NCBI GenBank assembly: GCA_049322455.1
Contig: JBMOQY010000038.1
Span: 768 to 64,767, forward strand
Origin: Verrucomicrobiota bacterium
GTDB lineage: Bacteria; Verrucomicrobiota; Verrucomicrobiia; Opitutales; Opitutaceae
DNA: 64,000 nt
Direction of reading: 5' to 3'
The position numbers and the translations under genes are program-made. Below, piece after piece: positions 60,727 to 64,000 of the stretch (the first letter of the stretch is position 1; every line of letters starts with the position of its first letter). Below the pieces are notes generated by a model, which worked only from the letters and a program-made list of their open reading frames with translations, was not told where the DNA came from and did not search any database.

Positions 60727-60990
60727 ATGAGCAGCACCCCCACGGGCCCGCGCCCCGACGCCTACTGGCAGGCCTGCCGTCACCCGGCGGTCTGGCAGCG
60801 CGCCGCGCGGCTCGGGCTCGTGGTCGGGCTCATCCAGGTCTCCCTCAATCAGGGCGACCACTGGCTCACGGGCCACGTCACGACCGGCGTCATCGTCAAA
60901 TCCATCCTCTCCCCGCTCCTCTCCTTCGGCATCGCCTTCGCCTCCGCCGCGGCGACGCAGGCGGAAAACCTCCCCCGCTCCGCACCATGA
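60727..60990 (+). CDS. Small two-TM protein, NrtS-like (putative nitrate/nitrite transporter component)
   Basis: 87 aa. LGLVVGLIQVSLNQGDHWLTG...ILSPLLSFGIAFASA resembles my recollection of the NrtS family (VG..L..INQGD). ATGA overlap with the permease gene. Confidence 0.55.
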   Translation: MSSTPTGPRPDAYWQACRHPAVWQRAARLGLVVGLIQVSLNQGDHWLTGHVTTGVIVKSILSPLLSFGIAFASAAATQAENLPRSAP

Positions 60991-61772
60991 AATCCTTCAA
61001 ACTCGACTGGCTCGTGCTCCCGCTCGTCGGCTTCGCCGCCGTGCTCGCGCTCTGGTCCTTCTCCAGCCGCACCTGGGCCACCAACCTGCCCTCGCCGACC
61101 CAGACCTGGATCGCCAGCCGCGACTACGTGCTCGAGCCCTTCGCCAAGCGCGGCGAGATGGACCAGGGCATCCTGCGCTTCACCTGGTATTCGCTGATCC
61201 TCGTCGCCCAGGGCTACGGCATCGCGCTCCTCGTCGGCACGCCGCTCGGCTTCTGCCTCGGCCTCTCCAAGACCTTTGCCAAGATCATGGATCCGATCAT
61301 CCAGATCCTGCGCCCGGTGTCGCCGCTCGCGTGGCTGCCGCTCGGCCTTGTGCTCTTCATGAACGCCGGCAAGGAGGCCGGCACCTACGGCGCGCTCTTC
61401 ACCATCGCCGTCTGCGCGATGTGGCCGACCGTGCTCAACACCGCCGTCGGCGTGCGCGCCGTGCCGCAGGATTTCCTCAACGTCGGCAGGGTCCTGAAGC
61501 TCTCCCGCTGGAAGACGCTCACGAAGATCCTCATCCCGGCGACCCTGCCCTACATGTTCACGGGCTTCCGCCTCTCGCTCGGCATCGCCTGGCTGGCCAT
61601 CGTCGCCGCCGAGATGCTCACCGGCCGCCCCGGCGCCGGCGGCTTCCTCTGGCAGGAATACAACGCGCTCATCTACGAGCACATCATCCTCTCGATCATC
61701 ACCATCGGCCTCGTCGGCTTCGTCCTCGACCGCCTCATGAGCCTGCTGGAAAGGCGCTTCAAGAGTGCTTGA
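60987..61772 (+). CDS. ABC transporter permease (NrtB/CmpB/SsuC family)
   Basis: 261 aa, six-TM binding-protein-dependent permease. EAA-like loop VPQDFLNVGRVLKLSRWKTLTKILIPATLP. Confidence 0.9.
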   Translation: MKSFKLDWLVLPLVGFAAVLALWSFSSRTWATNLPSPTQTWIASRDYVLEPFAKRGEMDQGILRFTWYSLILVAQGYGIALLVGTPLGFCLGLSKTFAKIMDPIIQILRPVSPLAWLPLGLVLFMNAGKEAGTYGALFTIAVCAMWPTVLNTAVGVRAVPQDFLNVGRVLKLSRWKTLTKILIPATLPYMFTGFRLSLGIAWLAIVAAEMLTGRPGAGGFLWQEYNALIYEHIILSIITIGLVGFVLDRLMSLLERRFKSA

Positions 61773-61872
61773 TGCGCATCAAGGCGCGGACAGCCGAAAA
61801 ACCTTAAACTGAATACGGATCAATTTATGATTTATAATCTGCGATTTATGATTTCGGGAAAGAGCTCGAAAT

Positions 61873-61890
61873 GCCTCGCGCAAAGGACGC
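61873..61890. repeat. Left arm of 18-bp perfect inverted repeat
   Basis: GCCTCGCGCAAAGGACGC; its reverse complement occurs at 62348-62365. Confidence 0.8.
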
Positions 61891-61904
61891 AGAGGTCGCC
61901 AAGG

Positions 61905-62291
61905 TCAGCTTTCCAGGCCGTTGACGAGTCGCTTGATTCCGTCCTTCAGGTGAATTTCGCCGAAGTTGATCAGCAAACCAAGGCGGAGCCCACTGAGCCG
62001 AAGCTGCGTGATAACCTGCTTGGCATGGATCGGTGCCAGCGCCTCAACCGACTTCAGTTCAATGATCTCCTTTTCTTCCACCAGCAGATCGGCGCGAAAG
62101 CCTTCTTCAAAACTCAATCCTTCATAGCAGATGGGAATCGGCACCTGCCGGCGTGTCGGGAGCCCATGCTTGGTCAATTCGTAGGCGAGCACCGCTTCGT
62201 AAACCGATTCGAGCAAACCCGGCCCCAGGTTCGTGTGAACCTTGAAGGCTGTGTCCAGAATAATTTTGGTGATTTCGTTCTCTGTTTTCAT
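61905..62291 (-). CDS. GxxExxY protein (PD-(D/E)XK-like nuclease superfamily, PDDEXK_3)
   Basis: 128 aa from internal [42 protein letters not shown]. Contains the eponymous G-LL-E-SV-Y motif and D/E...ELK ([13 protein letters not shown]) core. Confidence 0.88.
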   Translation of the reverse strand: MKTENEITKIILDTAFKVHTNLGPGLLESVYEAVLAYELTKHGLPTRRQVPIPICYEGLSFEEGFRADLLVEEKEIIELKSVEALAPIHAKQVITQLRLSGLRLGLLINFGEIHLKDGIKRLVNGLES

Positions 62292-62347
62292 GCCCCGGCA
62301 TTTTCGTCCGACGGCATGGGCCGCTCCAACCAACCTTTGCGCCCTTC

Positions 62348-62365
62348 GCGTCCTTTGCGCGAGGC
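62348..62365. repeat. Right arm of 18-bp perfect inverted repeat
   Basis: GCGTCCTTTGCGCGAGGC, reverse complement of 61873-61890. Ends 8 nt before the ATPase start codon. Confidence 0.8.
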
Positions 62366-62373
62366 TTGAATTT

Positions 62374-63273
62374 ATGGCTTTTCTTGAATTGACCAACGTC
62401 ACCAAGGCCTTCGGCGGGCCGCCGGTGCTGCGCAACGTCAACCTCAGCATCAACAAGGGCGAGTTCGTCGCCGTCGTCGGCTACTCCGGTTCCGGCAAGA
62501 CCACGCTCATCTCGCTCATCGCGGGCCTCACGCGTCCCGACGCCGGCACGGTCAAGCTCAACGACCTCGAGATCACCGCGCCCGGTCCCGACCGCGGCAT
62601 CGTTTTCCAGAACTACTCGCTGCTCCCCTGGCTCACGGTCACCGACAACATCGCCCTCGCCGTGGACCAGGTCTTCCCGAACCACTCGGCCGAGAAACGC
62701 GCGCAGCTCGCCGCCGCCGCCATCGCCACTGTCAATCTCACGCCACACGCCCACAAGCTCCCGCGCGAGCTCTCCGGCGGCCAGCGCCAGCGTGTGTCCG
62801 TGGCCCGTGCGCTCGCGATGGACCCGCAGATCCTCCTCCTCGACGAGCCGCTCTCCGCCCTCGACGCGCTCACCCGCGCCACGCTGCAGGACGAGTTCGA
62901 GCGCATCTGGGAAAAGGACAGGAAGACCGTCGTCCTCATCACCAACGACGTGGACGAGGCCCTGCTCCTCGCCGACCGCATCATTCCGCTCACGATCGGC
63001 CCGGGCGCGACCCTCGGCCCCTCCTTTCCGGTCAAGCTCGCCCGCCCCCGCGACCGCAAGACCCTGAACCACGATCCCGAGTTCAAGCGCCTCCGCGCCC
63101 TCGTCACCAACGAGCTCCTCGGCTACGGCGAGCGCCGCAAGGCCACCGTGAAGCAGAAGCTCATCCTCCCCGACATCCTCCCGGAAAACCTGGACCTCCC
63201 GCGCGTCAGCCGCCGCCCTCTCCGCCCGAGCGAGATGAAAGAGGAGAAAATCGAGGTAGCGGGCATCGAGTAG
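62374..63273 (+). CDS. ABC transporter ATP-binding protein (NrtC/NrtD/CmpD/SsuB family)
   Basis: Walker [10 protein letters not shown], signature LSGGQRQRV, Walker B LLLDEP. Start at internal [12 protein letters not shown]. Confidence 0.9.
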   Translation: MAFLELTNVTKAFGGPPVLRNVNLSINKGEFVAVVGYSGSGKTTLISLIAGLTRPDAGTVKLNDLEITAPGPDRGIVFQNYSLLPWLTVTDNIALAVDQVFPNHSAEKRAQLAAAAIATVNLTPHAHKLPRELSGGQRQRVSVARALAMDPQILLLDEPLSALDALTRATLQDEFERIWEKDRKTVVLITNDVDEALLLADRIIPLTIGPGATLGPSFPVKLARPRDRKTLNHDPEFKRLRALVTNELLGYGERRKATVKQKLILPDILPENLDLPRVSRRPLRPSEMKEEKIEVAGIE

Positions 63274-63336
63274 CGAGTAGCGAGCATACCATCCACCAAG
63301 CCTACTCACTACCCGCTACTCACTACTCGCTACTAT
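63252..63336. repeat. Two inverted arrays of the heptad CGAGTAG / CTACTCG
   Basis: Left: CGAGGTAG CGGGCAT CGAGTAG CGAGTAG CGAGCAT (63252-63287, includes the ATPase stop TAG). 14-nt spacer. Right: CTACTCA CTACCCG CTACTCA CTACTCG CTACTAT (63302-63336), ending 3 nt before the next ATG. Confidence 0.6.
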
Positions 63337-63339
63337 CCC

Positions 63340-64000
63340 ATGCCCTCCTTCCTCGAAATCTCCCAGCTCGGCAAAGTTTACGACACGCCCAGGGGTCCGG
63401 CCGTCATCGTCGAGAACTTCGACCTGCGGATCCGCCAAGGCGAGTTCATCACCCTCATCGGCCACTCCGGCTGCGGCAAATCCACCGTGCTCTCCATGCT
63501 CGCCGGCCTCACCGACGTCACCAGCGGCGGCATCGTGCTCGCCGGCAAGGAGGTCACCGGTGCCGGCCCCGACCGCGGTGTCGTCTTCCAGGCGCCCTGC
63601 CTGCTCCCGTGGCTGACCGCCTTCGAAAACGTGATGCTCGGCGTGGACCAGGTCTATTACACCGCCTCGGCCGAGGAACGCCGCCAGATCGTCGAATATT
63701 ACCTCACCGTCGTCGGCCTGGGCGACGCCCTGCACAAGAAGCCCGCCGAGCTCTCCCAGGGCATGCGCCAGCGCTGCGGCATCGCCCGCGCCTTCGCGCT
63801 CTCGCCCAAGATGCTTCTCCTCGACGAGCCCTTCGGCATGCTCGACTCCCTCACCCGCGCCGAGCTGCAGCAGGTGCTCATCGACCTCTGGCAGAAGGAC
63901 CGCAAGACCGCACTGATGGTCACGCACGACGTGGACGAGGCGCTCTTCCTCTCCGACCGCGTGGTCATGATGACCAGCGGCCCCGCGGCCACCGTCGGCG
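63340..64000 (+). CDS. Second ABC transporter ATP-binding protein (NrtD/CmpD-like), 3' end beyond the window
   Basis: Own translation: [57 protein letters not shown]... with LSQGMRQR and LLLDEPFG motifs. Open at the right edge. Confidence 0.88.
   Translation, partial: MPSFLEISQLGKVYDTPRGPAVIVENFDLRIRQGEFITLIGHSGCGKSTVLSMLAGLTDVTSGGIVLAGKEVTGAGPDRGVVFQAPCLLPWLTAFENVMLGVDQVYYTASAEERRQIVEYYLTVVGLGDALHKKPAELSQGMRQRCGIARAFALSPKMLLLDEPFGMLDSLTRAELQQVLIDLWQKDRKTALMVTHDVDEALFLSDRVVMMTSGPAATVG

Larger units (their letters stand above)
61873..62365. mobile_element. Inverted-repeat-bounded cassette carrying a GxxExxY gene, inserted between the permease and ATPase genes (putative)
   Basis: Perfect 18-bp inverted repeat GCCTCGCGCAAAGGACGC (61873-61890) / GCGTCCTTTGCGCGAGGC (62348-62365), with ~14 further imperfectly matching bp on the inner side. 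Enclosed gene is on the opposite strand and visibly lower in GC. No transposase. Confidence 0.35.

Noticed and set aside
63252-63336. CRISPR array or other long tandem repeat.
   Set aside because: The only tandem repeats seen are 7-nt units in two short inverted arrays. There are no 24-48-nt direct repeats with unique spacers anywhere in the window, and no cas genes.

Overview
High-GC (about mid-60s % by eye) bacterial chromosomal segment. Gene content suggests a Verrucomicrobiota/Opitutales-like genome; that is inference only. Most of it is ordinary housekeeping: gspD-E-F, holB-tmk, a tolQ/tolR/tonB-like trio, lepA-lepB, fabD, pilT, dapA-dapB-ruvA, an ECF sigma/anti-sigma pair, purH, apaG, nupC, ruvC, recF, a cyclophilin, two tRNAs and several regulators and peptidases. 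Three regions need a second look. (1) 41.4-53.2 kb, minus strand: a nine-gene chain, mostly joined by ATGA stop/start overlaps. A SulP/STAS anion transporter is linked to a Hyf-type, group-4-hydrogenase-like membrane complex. Its large subunit has lost both Ni-Fe cysteine pairs and the C-terminal maturation peptide (Ehr-like). An HTH-plus-PTS-EIIA(Ntr-type) gene sits between two paralogous HyfB-like genes, and one of those paralogs carries a single frameshift. I consider this the best candidate for an undescribed system: an energy-coupled anion or inorganic-carbon uptake/regulation module. (2) 14.9-23.5 kb, plus strand: a compact nine-gene accessory lipid cluster (see findings). (3) 58.3-64.0 kb: a nitrate/bicarbonate-type ABC operon. 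It has a signal-less NrtA paralog and an NrtS-like mini-protein, is split by an inverted-repeat-bounded GxxExxY cassette, and carries inverted heptad-repeat arrays between its two ATPase genes. Many long ORFs in the track are antisense or read-through artefacts of high GC and were not called. Gene starts were re-derived from internal ATG/GTG codons, signal peptides and family-typical N-termini. Coordinates of non-coding features may be off by 1-2 nt.
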